Counted from the stretch's first letter, positions 47,497 through 58,687 are shown. The stretch is DNA of 64,000 bases from an uncultured Pelagibacteraceae bacterium (GCA_902561465.1 CACEPH010000001.1:19448-83447), one strand, 5' to 3'. Notes: generated by a model not told the origin, from the sequence alone. Numbers and translations are program-made.

Positions 47497-48750
47497 ATGA
47501 AGAAAAAATATTCAATATTTGCCCTTATTAAAAACTCTTTAAGCTATCATGAAAATTGGCAAAGAGCATGGAGAGATCCTGAGCCCAAAAAAGAATATGA
47601 TGTTGTGATTGTTGGTGGTGGAGGACATGGTTTAGCTACAGCATATTATTTAGCAAAAGAACATAATTTAAAAAATATTGCTGTTGTGGAAAAAGGATGG
47701 ATTGGTGGTGGTAACACTGGAAGAAACACTACTATAATAAGATCAAATTATCTTTGGGATGCAAGCGCTGGTCTCTATGATCACGCGTTAAAAATTTGGG
47801 AAAATCTTTCACAAGAATTAAATTATAATGTCATGTTTAGTCAAAGAGGTGTCATGAATTTGGCTCACAATCAACATGATGTAAGAGAATTAAAAAGAAG
47901 AACTCATGCTAATAGGCTTAACGGTATAGATTGCGAATGGCTTAATGTGGAACAAGTAAAAAAATTTTGTCCCATTATTAATTGCTCTCCTGACATACGT
48001 TATCCTGTAATGGGTAGTACTTTACAAAGAAGAGCTGGCACCGCGAGACATGATGCTGTTGCTTGGGGTTATGCTAGAGGTGCTGATTCCATGGGAGTTG
48101 ATATAATTCAAAATTGCGAAGTAAAAGGAATAAAAAGAAGCGGCGATTCTATTGAAGGAATAGAAACAACAAAAGGTTTTATTAAAACTCAAAAAGTTGG
48201 AGTTGTTGCAGCAGGCCATTCTAGCGTAATTGCAAACATGGCTGGTCTAAGACTTCCTCTTGAAAGTAAACCTTTGCAAGCTTTAGTTTCAGAACCAATC
48301 AAACCGATTATCAATACTGTTGTTATGTCCAACGCCGTTCACGCTTACGTGAGTCAATCTGATAAAGGTGAACTTGTTATAGGTGCAGGCACAGACTCTT
48401 ATATATCATATACACAAAAAGGTACTCACGAAATTATTGAAGGTACATTAAAAGCTATTTTAGAACTTTATCCAATTTTTAGTAGACTTAGAATGTTAAG
48501 ACAATGGGGAGGCGTTGTTGATATATGTCCAGATGCAAGTCCCATAATAAGCAAAACCTCTGTTAAAGGACTTTACTTTAATTGTGGCTGGGGAACCGGA
48601 GGGTTTAAAGCTACACCTGGGTCAGGACATTTATTTGCTCATACAATAGCAAAAGATAACCCACACACTTTAAATGCAGCATTTAACATCAACAGATTTG
48701 TAAGTGGAGATCTTGTTGATGAACATGGAGCTGCAGCAGTAGCTCATTGA
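47497..48750 (+). CDS. soxB: Sarcosine oxidase subunit beta
   Basis: 417 aa with the FAD fold [20 protein letters not shown], the typical N-terminus ...[13 protein letters not shown] and the C-terminus ...EHGAAAVAH. Confidence 0.92.
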   Translation: MKKKYSIFALIKNSLSYHENWQRAWRDPEPKKEYDVVIVGGGGHGLATAYYLAKEHNLKNIAVVEKGWIGGGNTGRNTTIIRSNYLWDASAGLYDHALKIWENLSQELNYNVMFSQRGVMNLAHNQHDVRELKRRTHANRLNGIDCEWLNVEQVKKFCPIINCSPDIRYPVMGSTLQRRAGTARHDAVAWGYARGADSMGVDIIQNCEVKGIKRSGDSIEGIETTKGFIKTQKVGVVAAGHSSVIANMAGLRLPLESKPLQALVSEPIKPIINTVVMSNAVHAYVSQSDKGELVIGAGTDSYISYTQKGTHEIIEGTLKAILELYPIFSRLRMLRQWGGVVDICPDASPIISKTSVKGLYFNCGWGTGGFKATPGSGHLFAHTIAKDNPHTLNAAFNINRFVSGDLVDEHGAAAVAH

Positions 48751-48751
48751 T

Positions 48752-49024
48752 ATGTTTATAATTAAATGTCCATATTGCGGAGAAAGAGATCATAGTGAAT
48801 TCAGCTATGGAGGTGAAGCTCATTTAATAAGACCTAAACAACCAACTGAGTTAAGCGATGATCAATGGGCTGAATATTTATTTATGAGAAAAAATATAAA
48901 AGGACTTCAATATGAAAGATGGAATCATTCTCATGGATGTAGACGTTGGTTCAATGCTGCCAGAGATACATCGAACGATAAAATTCATTCAGTTTATAAA
49001 ATTGGAGAAAAGTCCAGTAAATAA
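48752..49024 (+). CDS. soxD: Sarcosine oxidase subunit delta
   Basis: 90 aa with the zinc motif CPYCGERDHSEF...H.HGC. It lies between soxB and soxA. Confidence 0.9.
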   Translation: MFIIKCPYCGERDHSEFSYGGEAHLIRPKQPTELSDDQWAEYLFMRKNIKGLQYERWNHSHGCRRWFNAARDTSNDKIHSVYKIGEKSSK

Positions 49025-52000
49025 TGACAAACGAATATAGATTATCTTCTGGTGGACAAATTAATAGAAGCGAAAGTATTTCTTTTAAATTTAATGGAAA
49101 AACTCTTTATGGATACAAAGGTGATACTTTGGCATCAGCTCTGTTAGCAAATGGAATTCATTTAGTTGGTAGAAGTTTTAAATATCATAGACCAAGAGGA
49201 ATATTAACATCTGGAGTTGAAGAACCTAATGCCTTAGTTCAAATCATTAAAGATAAAGGTAAAACCGATCCAAATTTGCGAGCTACACAAATTGAAATTT
49301 ATGAAGGTTTAAATACAACAAGTCAGAATTCTTGGCCTTCAGTAAATTTTGACTTAGGATCAATTAATAATTTATTCTCACCTATTATTCCGGCTGGTTT
49401 TTATTACAAAACTTTTATGTGGCCAGCAAATCTATGGGAAAATGTATATGAATATTTTATTAGAAAAGCAGCTGGTTTAGGAAAATCTCCTACAAAAAAA
49501 GATCCTGATATTTATGATCATTGTTATTATCATTGTGAAGTTCTCATTGTTGGTGCAGGACCAGCTGGATTAGTAGCCGCAAAAACAGCTATAAATTCTG
49601 GAAAAAAAGTGCTTTTAGTTGATGAGAGACCAAACTTTGGTGGAAATTTAAATTTTTCCAACAAAGATTATAATAAAATAAATCAATTGGCTCCTTTAGA
49701 ATGGATAAAAAAAACTTGTCTAGAATTACAAAAAAATAAAAATATCAAAATATTAAGTAGAACTAGCGTTGCAGCATATCATAATTATAATTATTTAATA
49801 ATGATTCAAAATTTAACTGATCATTTGCCTGATAAAGATAAAAAAGAAAAAATAAGACAACGTTTATGGAAGGTTAGAGCAAAAAAAGTTATTTTAGCTA
49901 CAGGATCAATTGAAAGACCAATGATTTTTGATTGTAATGATAGACCTGGAATAATGCTTTCTTCAGCTGTAAGAAAATATGCTAATACCTATAGTGTAAA
50001 ATGCGGTAATAATATTAGTATTTTCACAAATAACGATGATGCATATGAAACTGCCATTACTCTGCATAACAAGGGTGTTAAAGTTAAATCAATAATAGAT
50101 ATAAGAGAAAAATCAGATGGAACTCTCCCTAAAAAATGTAACGAACTAGGTATCAAAATACATTGGAAAAGTGCTGTAATTTATACCGAAGGATATAAAA
50201 AAATTAATAAAATACATGTAATGCGTTTATCAAAAGACAACACTAATGTTGTTGGAAATAAATTAAAAATAGATTGTGATTTATTATGTGTCTCTGGTGG
50301 TTATACACCAGCAGTACATTTGTTTACCCAATCAGGTGGTAAATTAGATTATAACGAAAAAAAACATTATTTCTTCCCCAAAAAAAATACTCTTAGCCAA
50401 ATATCCGTAGGTTCTTGTAATGGAACCTTTGGATTAAAAAATATCATCTTAGAAGCTCAAGAAAAAACTAGAGAATTTCTTGATATTAAAGAAACAGAAC
50501 AGTTTAATGTTTTAGAGTCTGAGGGTGGGGTTTTTGAAAATATATGGCTGATACCGAGTAGCAAAATTTCAGGAAAAACTAAATCTTTTGTTGACTATCA
50601 GAATGATTCTACAGCAAACGATATTAAGCTTGCCTTGAGAGAAGGTTTTAAATCAATTGAACATGTTAAACGGTATACGACTACAGGTATGGCTACAGAC
50701 CAAGGAAAAATTTCTAATATGCATGCTTTAGGAATCATCTCTGAAATTACAAATACTAAATTGGGTGAATTAGGCACAACAACTTTTCGTCCACCCTACT
50801 CTCCAATAACTTTTGGAGCTCTTGTAGGAAGAAATGTTGGGCAGTTTTTTGATATTACTAGAAAAACGCCAATGCATGATTGGCAAGAAAAAAACAATGC
50901 AAAATTTGAAGATGTTGGTCAATGGAAAAGAGCTTGGTATTACCCTTCGGGTAATGAAAATATGTATGATGCAGTACAAAGAGAATCTAAAGCAGCGAGA
51001 ACAAAAGCTGGAATTTTAGATGCCTCAACTTTAGGAAAAATTGATATCCAAGGAAGTGATGCCTCTGAGTTTCTAAATCGTGTTTACACAAATGCATGGA
51101 GTAAACTGGCTATAGGAAAATGCAGATATGGTTTAATGCTTAATGAAGATGGAATGGTTTATGACGATGGTGTTACAACACGTTTAAGTGAAAATCATTA
51201 TATAATGACAACCACAACAGGCGGTGCAGCCACTGTAATGGGTAAACTTGAAGATTTTCTACAAACTGAATGGCCTGAATTAAAAGTTTATTTAACTTCT
51301 GTAACTGATCATTTCGCGACTGTAAGTGTTTGTGGCCCTCATAGTAAAAAAATATTAGAAAAAGTTACACAAAATATCGACTATTCGGATAGTAACTTTC
51401 CACATATGAGTTTTAAAAATGGTTTAGTAGATAAAATAAAGTGTCGCGTTATGAGAATAAGTTTCACTGGTGAACTAAGTTATGAAATAAATGTTCAAGC
51501 AAATTATGGTCAATCTGTTTGGGAAAAATGTATGGCTGCTGGAAAAGAATATGGAATCACGCCATATGGCACAGAAGCTATGCATTTATTAAGAGCTGAG
51601 AAAGGTTTCATAATAGTAGGTCAAGAAACAGACGGAACTGTTACTCCTGTAGATTTACAAATGGATTGGATAGTTAGTAAAAAGAAATATGATTTTATAG
51701 GAAAAAGATCCTTATATAGATCAGATACAATGAGGGAAGATAGAAAACAATATGTAGGTTTATTAACTAATGATCCAAAAGAGATTCTTGAAGAAGGAGC
51801 ACAGATAGTAGCAGAAGTTAAAAATAAACCTCCCATGGACATGATCGGACATGTAACATCAAGCTACTATAGTCCTAATTTAAATAAATCTATTGCATTA
51901 GCAGTTGTTAAAAATGGAAAAAAATTAAAAGGAAAAAAACTTTATGTTCCTATGCCAAACAAAACCATAGAGGTAATAGTTTCAGATACAATTTTTTTAG

Positions 52001-52029
52001 ATAAAGAAGGTAAGAGATTAAATGCTTAA
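49024..52029 (+). CDS. soxA: Sarcosine oxidase subunit alpha
   Basis: 1001 aa with the N-terminal 2Fe-2S-like fold domain, the NAD fold VLIVGAGPAGLVAA and a C-terminal GcvT-like folate-binding domain (ILDASTLGKIDIQG...). Confidence 0.93.
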   Translation: MTNEYRLSSGGQINRSESISFKFNGKTLYGYKGDTLASALLANGIHLVGRSFKYHRPRGILTSGVEEPNALVQIIKDKGKTDPNLRATQIEIYEGLNTTSQNSWPSVNFDLGSINNLFSPIIPAGFYYKTFMWPANLWENVYEYFIRKAAGLGKSPTKKDPDIYDHCYYHCEVLIVGAGPAGLVAAKTAINSGKKVLLVDERPNFGGNLNFSNKDYNKINQLAPLEWIKKTCLELQKNKNIKILSRTSVAAYHNYNYLIMIQNLTDHLPDKDKKEKIRQRLWKVRAKKVILATGSIERPMIFDCNDRPGIMLSSAVRKYANTYSVKCGNNISIFTNNDDAYETAITLHNKGVKVKSIIDIREKSDGTLPKKCNELGIKIHWKSAVIYTEGYKKINKIHVMRLSKDNTNVVGNKLKIDCDLLCVSGGYTPAVHLFTQSGGKLDYNEKKHYFFPKKNTLSQISVGSCNGTFGLKNIILEAQEKTREFLDIKETEQFNVLESEGGVFENIWLIPSSKISGKTKSFVDYQNDSTANDIKLALREGFKSIEHVKRYTTTGMATDQGKISNMHALGIISEITNTKLGELGTTTFRPPYSPITFGALVGRNVGQFFDITRKTPMHDWQEKNNAKFEDVGQWKRAWYYPSGNENMYDAVQRESKAARTKAGILDASTLGKIDIQGSDASEFLNRVYTNAWSKLAIGKCRYGLMLNEDGMVYDDGVTTRLSENHYIMTTTTGGAATVMGKLEDFLQTEWPELKVYLTSVTDHFATVSVCGPHSKKILEKVTQNIDYSDSNFPHMSFKNGLVDKIKCRVMRISFTGELSYEINVQANYGQSVWEKCMAAGKEYGITPYGTEAMHLLRAEKGFIIVGQETDGTVTPVDLQMDWIVSKKKYDFIGKRSLYRSDTMREDRKQYVGLLTNDPKEILEEGAQIVAEVKNKPPMDMIGHVTSSYYSPNLNKSIALAVVKNGKKLKGKKLYVPMPNKTIEVIVSDTIFLDKEGKRLNA

Positions 52030-52591
52030 TTTTACATCGCCAATTACAGAAAGTCATACTTATAATAATTTTTCAATGAAGGAAAAGACACCTGTAGCAA
52101 AAATTAATTTACGAGGTGACTTAGAAAATAAAGATTTTGTTAGTAAAGCTGGAAAAATATTAGGAATGATTCTACCAAATGAACCTTGCTCCACTTCTAC
52201 TAAAGAACAAATCACATGTATGTGGTTAGGGCCTAATGAATGGCTTTTAGTTTCAAATGATACTGTAGATAAAGAATCTAATGACTATGAATTGGCACAA
52301 TTATTATTTAAAGATATTTCAAAAACAAATTTAGGTGCTGTCACAAATGTTAGTGACCATTACACTATATTTAATTTAACTGGCTCTAATATTTTTGAAA
52401 TACTTTCTAAAGGATCTCCATTTGATTTTAATTCAGAAAATTTTGGAGATAACAAAGTAGTTCAAACCTTACTTAATCATATTGATGTAACTATACATAG
52501 AAAAACAAAGGAAAATGTTGATCTTTATGTTAGAAGATCTTTTTCTGATCACTTATGGGCTTGGATTAAGGATAGCTCTAGATTTGCCTAA
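52022..52591 (+). CDS. soxG: Sarcosine oxidase subunit gamma
   Basis: 189 aa in last position of the soxBDAG set with an 8-nt overlap with soxA (ATGCTTAA). It has the WLGPNEWLL motif typical of SoxG. Confidence 0.85.
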   Translation: MLNFTSPITESHTYNNFSMKEKTPVAKINLRGDLENKDFVSKAGKILGMILPNEPCSTSTKEQITCMWLGPNEWLLVSNDTVDKESNDYELAQLLFKDISKTNLGAVTNVSDHYTIFNLTGSNIFEILSKGSPFDFNSENFGDNKVVQTLLNHIDVTIHRKTKENVDLYVRRSFSDHLWAWIKDSSRFA

Positions 52592-53914
52592 TCTATTTTT
52601 AAAATAATAGATAATAATCAAGAAATATGAAATCGAGAAAAACCAATTGATTCCTACCCATATCCAAAAAAAGGTATTAAAACTCGCATCAATATATTTT
52701 GCTATATAAAATACTACTATAGGATTAAGCACATTTCTAAAAAAATTGGAAATCATAGCCATCTCTGATTTTTTTAAAGCCATAAAAAAACCATTTGATA
52801 GAAAGAAAACTGGGTATGCAGGTAAAACAAATGCTGAAATTTTTAAATACCTTTTTCCATATTCTATTACTTCAGGATCATTCGAAAAAATACTTGTAAT
52901 AATACCTGCCGTTATGAAAACAATTATTCCAGAAATAACCATTATCATAAAAGCATATTTAATGGCGGTAATATAAGTTTCCTTTATTCTATTAAAATTT
53001 TTAGCTCCGTAATTTTGAGCTATTATTGATATAATTGCTGTATTGATTCCTAAAATAGGAAGGAGAACTACCTGCTCAATTCTGGTTCCTGCTCCATAAC
53101 CTGCGGCAGCATATTCTCCTGATTGCCCTACATAGGTAAAAATAATTGCTGCAGCTAATGCATAGCCACAAATAGACACGGTAATGGGCATAGATTGAAA
53201 AAAAATGTTTTTAAAAAAAATAAATTTGGGTATTAAAAAATTTTTATTTATCTCTTTTACTCTATTATTTTTTAAAACCTTAAGCAGAATGACAATTAAT
53301 GACACTGATTGAGCAATTATAGTTGCAATACCAATACCTTTCACTCCCATTGCCGGTATAAAAAGAAAACCAAAAATTAAAATTGGGTTTAAAATAATAT
53401 TAAGAAAGAAAGATAATACTAAAACATTTCGATAAGTTTTTGTATCTCCTTCAGCATGTAAAAATGAATTTAATGCAACAACTAAAATAAAAAGTACTGA
53501 ACCTAAATAAATAACATTTGTATACTCAAGGCCTAAAGAAATAACTTCATTGGTTGATCCCATTAAGTAAAATACTTTTTCAGCGTAAGATAATCCTAAA
53601 TAGGTAATAATTATAGAAACTAAAATTCCATAAAAAATAATATGTGTAAAATAATTTAGAGTTTTATCTTTATCTTTTTCACCAATACTATTTCCAATCA
53701 ATGCAGTACCAGCTACAGTAACACCAATAGATGTAGCAACTATTATAAAGTAAATAGGGAAAGACTTGCTTAATGCTGATAATGCCTCGGGTGATATTTT
53801 TCCAGCAAAGAAAGTATCTACAATATTATAAAGTGTTTGAAAAAGAGTTCCCACCATAGCAGGCAAAGCAAGTTTTCGAACTAATTTTGGAATATTGTCT
53901 TTTAATAAATTCAT
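52553..53914 (-). CDS. MATE-family efflux transporter
   Basis: 453 aa with 12 TM segments. The N-terminus LALPAMVGTLFQTLYNIVDTFFAG and the internal AQNYGA motif are typical of NorM/MATE. Confidence 0.88.
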   Translation of the reverse strand: MNLLKDNIPKLVRKLALPAMVGTLFQTLYNIVDTFFAGKISPEALSALSKSFPIYFIIVATSIGVTVAGTALIGNSIGEKDKDKTLNYFTHIIFYGILVSIIITYLGLSYAEKVFYLMGSTNEVISLGLEYTNVIYLGSVLFILVVALNSFLHAEGDTKTYRNVLVLSFFLNIILNPILIFGFLFIPAMGVKGIGIATIIAQSVSLIVILLKVLKNNRVKEINKNFLIPKFIFFKNIFFQSMPITVSICGYALAAAIIFTYVGQSGEYAAAGYGAGTRIEQVVLLPILGINTAIISIIAQNYGAKNFNRIKETYITAIKYAFMIMVISGIIVFITAGIITSIFSNDPEVIEYGKRYLKISAFVLPAYPVFFLSNGFFMALKKSEMAMISNFFRNVLNPIVVFYIAKYIDASFNTFFWIWVGINWFFSISYFLIIIYYFKNRLGKSRAILNPSP

Positions 53915-53916
53915 TT

Positions 53917-54816
53917 TTAAAATTCTTTTTGGAATATGTGCTTTTTTCCACGTTCTTTAGCAAGATTTATTTGTCTTTGTCTCATCCTGAATCTTTCTTT
54001 TTGTGAAGGTTTTAGATGATCGTGACAATTTGGACATGATACTCCCTCTTCATATTTTTTTGATTTTTTATCTTTTGGTGAAATTGGCTTTCTGCATCCG
54101 CTGCACATTGAGAAAGAACCAGGTATCAATCTATGTTTAATTGAAATCCTATTATCAAAAACATAACATTCACCTTTCCATAAACTTTCTTTTTTTTTTA
54201 TTTTTTTTAAGTAATTTATAATTCCACCCTTTAACTGAAAAACGTTTTTAAATCCTTTTTTTTCAAGAAAAGCACTTACCTTCTCACATCTTATTCCTCC
54301 AGTACAAAACATTGCTATAGTTTTTTCTTTATCTAAATTTTTTAGATAACTTGGAAATTCACGAAAGTTATTAATGTTTGGATTTATTGATCTCCTAAAT
54401 GTACCGACTTTGTATTCAAAAGGCTTTCGTGCATCTAATAAAAAAGTATTATTATCTCTTATTAGTTTATTCCATTTCGTGGGATCTACATGATTTTTAG
54501 ACTTCCTCTTTGAGATTTTTATCCCCATAGGAACAACTTCTTTTTTTATTTTAATTTTTCCTCTATGAAAGGGTTGATACCTACACTTAGAAAAATTTAT
54601 GTTATCAAATTTACTAAACATAAAAGTTTTTTTTATTTTATTTATAGCTTCATCTAAAATTTTCCTCTTAGCTGATATTGTTCCATTAATTCCTTCTTTT
54701 GAAATGATTATAGATCCTCTAATACCTTTATTAATAAAATATACTTGTATAATCTTTTTATTTTTTTCTATATTTGATATTTTTTTAAACTTGTAAAATC
54801 CTGAAATAAAATACAT
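53917..54816 (-). CDS. trhO: Rhodanese-domain protein of the UPF0176/YceA family (tRNA uridine-34 hydroxylase TrhO)
   Basis: 299 aa with an N-terminal ferredoxin-like region, a rhodanese domain with active-site CTGGIRCEK and a C-terminal Cys4 motif (CSGCRKP...CPNCHD). Confidence 0.85.
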   Translation of the reverse strand: MYFISGFYKFKKISNIEKNKKIIQVYFINKGIRGSIIISKEGINGTISAKRKILDEAINKIKKTFMFSKFDNINFSKCRYQPFHRGKIKIKKEVVPMGIKISKRKSKNHVDPTKWNKLIRDNNTFLLDARKPFEYKVGTFRRSINPNINNFREFPSYLKNLDKEKTIAMFCTGGIRCEKVSAFLEKKGFKNVFQLKGGIINYLKKIKKKESLWKGECYVFDNRISIKHRLIPGSFSMCSGCRKPISPKDKKSKKYEEGVSCPNCHDHLKPSQKERFRMRQRQINLAKERGKKHIFQKEF

Positions 54817-55472
54817 TACAGCTTTCTACAAACTGTGAGGCCATCACCAACAGGAATGATTAGATTTTCTGTTCTTTTATCTCTATTTACGTAAATATTA
54901 AATTCCCTGATCACTGTGGTTAACTTATCTTGTTTTTTCGTATCAACAACTTCACCGTGCCATAAAACATTATCAACTATAATCAAACCGTTTTTTTCTA
55001 TTAAATCTAATGATTGATTGTAATAATTTTTATAATTTTCTTTATCTGCATCAATAAAAACAAGATCAAATTTTTGCTTTTTTTTTTTTAAATTAGTTAT
55101 GCTTTCTAGCGCTGAACCAATGATTGATTTAATTTTGTTTTCTTGTTTTGCTTTTTTAAAAAAACTGGATGCAACTTTGTTTCTTTCTTCATTTTTATCT
55201 AGGGTAATCAACTCTCCACCACTAGGTAAAGATAAAGACATGGTTAGAGCACTTAAACCTGTGAAAGTTCCTATCTCTAAAATTTTTTTTATATTCGAGA
55301 TTTTAATAATTAAATGCAAAAAGTGGCATTGTGATGTAGAAATTTGCATTCTTTTGATATCACCTAAACTGTTATTGTACGAAATTATTTCCTTTTGAAC
55401 CGTTGTTAATTCAAGAGAATGATTGCTAATATAGTTCTCAATTTCTTTTGTTATTGGAAGAGTTGATCCCAT
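54816..55472 (-). CDS. Class I SAM-dependent O-methyltransferase, family 3 (CCoAOMT/YrrM-like); TrmR candidate
   Basis: 218 aa with ILEIGTFTGLSAL, FDLVFIDADKENY and IIVDNVLWHGEV. The stop overlaps the trhO ATG (TAATG). Confidence 0.8.
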   Translation of the reverse strand: MGSTLPITKEIENYISNHSLELTTVQKEIISYNNSLGDIKRMQISTSQCHFLHLIIKISNIKKILEIGTFTGLSALTMSLSLPSGGELITLDKNEERNKVASSFFKKAKQENKIKSIIGSALESITNLKKKKQKFDLVFIDADKENYKNYYNQSLDLIEKNGLIIVDNVLWHGEVVDTKKQDKLTTVIREFNIYVNRDKRTENLIIPVGDGLTVCRKL

Positions 55473-55477
55473 TTTAT

Positions 55478-56944
55478 TTAGTGGAGTTTCTTTTTAAGAA
55501 TCTCATTTACTAATTGTGGATTAGCTTTACCTTTAGATGCTTTCATTACTTCACCAACAAAATAACCAAAAAGTTTTTCTTTACCAGATTTATATTGTGT
55601 TACTTTATCTTGATTTTTTGAGATCACGGTAACTATTATTTTTTCCAATTCTTTAGGGTCACTTTGTTGTAATAAACCTTCTTTTTCAACGATTTGTTTT
55701 GGATCCTTATCACCAGACTGCATTTTTTCAAAAACATCCTTTGCTATTTTTCCTGAAATTTTTCCTGAAGTAATCATTTTAATTAATGAAGATAGATTCT
55801 TGGCACTTATAGGTGATTGAGTTATTGAAATATTATATTTATTTAAAACTGCAAATAGTTCAACTGTAATCCAATTAGTGGCCAATTTTTTATCACAACC
55901 TTTAATTACTTCCTCATAATAATCTGAAATTTCCTTTTCAGAAACTAGTATGTTTGCTTCATACGAAGATAAATTATGTTCTTTTATAAATCTTTCTTTC
56001 TTTTGATCAGGTAATTCTGGAAGTTCTTTTTTTAGTTTATCAATTAAACCTTTATCTAAATTGAGTGGTAATAAATCTGGATCCGGAAAGTACCTATAGT
56101 CATGAGCATCTTCTTTAGAACGCATAGACCTAGTAGAATTTTTTTTTGTGTCGAATAATCTTGTTTCCTGATCTATAATTTTACCAGATTCTAATAGTTG
56201 TACCTGTCTATTAGCTTCATATTCAATGGCCATTTCCATAAATTTAATTGAATTAACATTTTTAATTTCACATCTGGTACCAAACTTCTTGTCTCCAATC
56301 TTCCTTACTGAAACGTTAACGTCTGCTCTCAAAGATCCTTCTTGCATATTTCCATCGCAAGTTCCTAGATAACGCATAATTGATCTTAACTTTTTTATAT
56401 AAAAATTTACTTCTTGAGGTGATCTTAAATCTGGCTTACTAACAATTTCCATTAATGCAACTCCAGATCGGTTAAGATCTACGAACGAGTTTTCAGGATC
56501 CATATCATGTATACTTTTTCCCGCATCTTGTTCTAAATGAAGACGTTCAATTCCAATTTTTTTTATACCATATGGCATATCTAGGATAACCTCACCTTCG
56601 CCCACTATAGGATTTTTATATTGTGAGATTTGATAACCCTGAGGTAAATCAGCATAAAAATAATTTTTTCTATCAAAAACGGAGTTTAAATTTATTTTTG
56701 CTTTTAAACCCAAGCCAGTTTTAATACTTTGTTCTACACAAAATTGATTAATGACTGGAAGCATACCAGGAAATCCAGAGTCAACTAGGCTTACCTGAGT
56801 ATTAGGCTCGCTCCCAAATTTTGTTGACGATGAGGAAAAAAGTTTAGATTGAGATAAAACTTGAGCATGAACTTCTAGGCCTATAATTACTTCCCACTTG
56901 TCTTTCTCTCCACTTATATAATAATCAAATTTTTTTTCTGTCAT
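55478..56944 (-). CDS. gatB: Asp/Glu-tRNA amidotransferase subunit B
   Basis: [13 protein letters not shown], the [13 protein letters not shown] motif and the C-terminal YqeY-like tail. I start at ATG MTEKKF (TAATG with the gatA stop). The track's 4 extra codons begin at a TTG. Confidence 0.94.
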   Translation of the reverse strand: MTEKKFDYYISGEKDKWEVIIGLEVHAQVLSQSKLFSSSSTKFGSEPNTQVSLVDSGFPGMLPVINQFCVEQSIKTGLGLKAKINLNSVFDRKNYFYADLPQGYQISQYKNPIVGEGEVILDMPYGIKKIGIERLHLEQDAGKSIHDMDPENSFVDLNRSGVALMEIVSKPDLRSPQEVNFYIKKLRSIMRYLGTCDGNMQEGSLRADVNVSVRKIGDKKFGTRCEIKNVNSIKFMEMAIEYEANRQVQLLESGKIIDQETRLFDTKKNSTRSMRSKEDAHDYRYFPDPDLLPLNLDKGLIDKLKKELPELPDQKKERFIKEHNLSSYEANILVSEKEISDYYEEVIKGCDKKLATNWITVELFAVLNKYNISITQSPISAKNLSSLIKMITSGKISGKIAKDVFEKMQSGDKDPKQIVEKEGLLQQSDPKELEKIIVTVISKNQDKVTQYKSGKEKLFGYFVGEVMKASKGKANPQLVNEILKKKLH

Positions 56945-58398
56945 TAACTCCACCAAATCTTATAATTTTTCTTAAAATTAGCCCTTTTTTCTATAGCCAA
57001 AGACAAATTTAATATCGTCTGTTCATCAAATGCTTTTCCAATAAGCTGTAGCCCCAATGGTAAATTATTTTTATCGTAACCTGCTGGAACAGAAATTGCT
57101 GGTAAACCTGATAAATTTACAGGCACCGTAAAAATATCATTTAAATACATTGAAACAGGATCGTCAGATTTATCTCCTATTTTAAACGCTGAGCTAGGCG
57201 TTGATGGTGTCAAAATAGCATCTACGTCCTTAAATGCTTTATCAAAATCATTTTTAATTAATTTCCTAACTTTTTGTGCTTTTAAATAATAGGCATCGTA
57301 ATAACCAGAAGATAACACATATGTTCCTATTAAAATTCTTCTTTTTACCTCATTACCAAAACCTTCTGACCTAGTATTCTCGTACATTTCGATTAAATTT
57401 TTTCCTCTAGCCCTGTGACCGTACTTAACTCCATCATATCTAGCTAAATTAGAAGATGCTTCTGCAGGAGCAACTATATAATAAGCAGGTAATGCATACA
57501 TTGTATGTTCTAGCGAAATATTTTTTATTATTGCCCCAGCATCTTTCAAATATTCTATACCTTTTTTCCAAAGATCATCTATTTCTGTTGGCATTTTATC
57601 AACTCTATACTCTTTAGGTATACCTATTTTTAAACCTTTAATTTTATCAGTCAAATTTGAAGAATAATTCTCAACTTTTTTATCTACAGATGTAGAATCT
57701 TTTGAATCGTATCCTGACATAGCTTGTAATAGCAAGGCGCTATCTTCTACGTTAATAGTCATGGGTCCTGCTTGATCTAATGATGATGCAAATGCAACTA
57801 TTCCCCATCTTGAACATCTTCCGTATGTAGGTTTTAATCCAACTGTTCCAGTAAAAGAAGCTGGTTGTCTGATAGATCCACCAGTATCAGTTCCAATAGT
57901 TGCTGGAGTAAGACCTGCCGCTAAAGCAGAAGCTGAACCTCCTGATGAGCCTCCAGGAACTAATTTTTCACCATAAGGATTTTTTACATTTCCAAAAAAG
58001 CTTGTTTCGTTAGAAGAGCCCATAGCAAATTCATCACAATTTAATTTTCCTAATAAAAAAGCACCTTGAGACCAAAGATTGCTAGTAACTGTTGATTCAT
58101 ATGTTGGAATGAAATTATGTAATATTTTACTACCAGCTGTGGTTTTAACGTTTTTTGTACAAAACAAATCTTTAACAGCAATAGGAACACCTGACAACAA
58201 ACCCTTGTAATCTTTTTTTTTATCAAAATTTTTTGAAAATTTTAACGCTTCATCAAAACATTCGGTAATATATGTGTTTAATTTTTTAGACTTTTTAGAA
58301 TTGTCAATAAATGACTTTGTAACTTCCTCTGATGAAAAATCCTTTTTTTTAATTCCATTTACTATTTTTGTAAGAGATAATTCTGAAATTTTAGACAT
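56944..58398 (-). CDS. gatA: Glu-tRNA(Gln) amidotransferase subunit A
   Basis: Amidase signature [14 protein letters not shown]...[13 protein letters not shown] start at ATG MSKISEL (58396-58398). The track's 3 extra codons begin at a TTG. Confidence 0.94.
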   Translation of the reverse strand: MSKISELSLTKIVNGIKKKDFSSEEVTKSFIDNSKKSKKLNTYITECFDEALKFSKNFDKKKDYKGLLSGVPIAVKDLFCTKNVKTTAGSKILHNFIPTYESTVTSNLWSQGAFLLGKLNCDEFAMGSSNETSFFGNVKNPYGEKLVPGGSSGGSASALAAGLTPATIGTDTGGSIRQPASFTGTVGLKPTYGRCSRWGIVAFASSLDQAGPMTINVEDSALLLQAMSGYDSKDSTSVDKKVENYSSNLTDKIKGLKIGIPKEYRVDKMPTEIDDLWKKGIEYLKDAGAIIKNISLEHTMYALPAYYIVAPAEASSNLARYDGVKYGHRARGKNLIEMYENTRSEGFGNEVKRRILIGTYVLSSGYYDAYYLKAQKVRKLIKNDFDKAFKDVDAILTPSTPSSAFKIGDKSDDPVSMYLNDIFTVPVNLSGLPAISVPAGYDKNNLPLGLQLIGKAFDEQTILNLSLAIEKRANFKKNYKIWWS

Positions 58399-58399
58399 T

Positions 58400-58687
58400 T
58401 TATTCAATAACCTTTGGAACTACAAAAAATTCATCATTTTTTTCTGGAGAATTTTTCAATATTTGATCTCTTATTTTTCCATCTTTCACTTCATCTTTTC
58501 TAGATTTAAGTGAAGCATTTATGATAGATGTTAATGGAGTTGTTTTATCTGTATTGAGTTTGTTTAAACTCTCAATAAATTTCATTATTGAAGTTAGGTC
58601 TTTAGATAGACTTTCCACCTTATTTTCATCTAATGAAATTCTTGCTAATTTTGATATGTGTTTTACTGTATCTTTATCTATTGACAT
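58400..58687 (-). CDS. gatC: Asp/Glu-tRNA amidotransferase subunit C
   Basis: 95 aa with [10 protein letters not shown] and a D-rich middle. It lies directly upstream of gatA. Confidence 0.9.
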   Translation of the reverse strand: MSIDKDTVKHISKLARISLDENKVESLSKDLTSIMKFIESLNKLNTDKTTPLTSIINASLKSRKDEVKDGKIRDQILKNSPEKNDEFFVVPKVIE

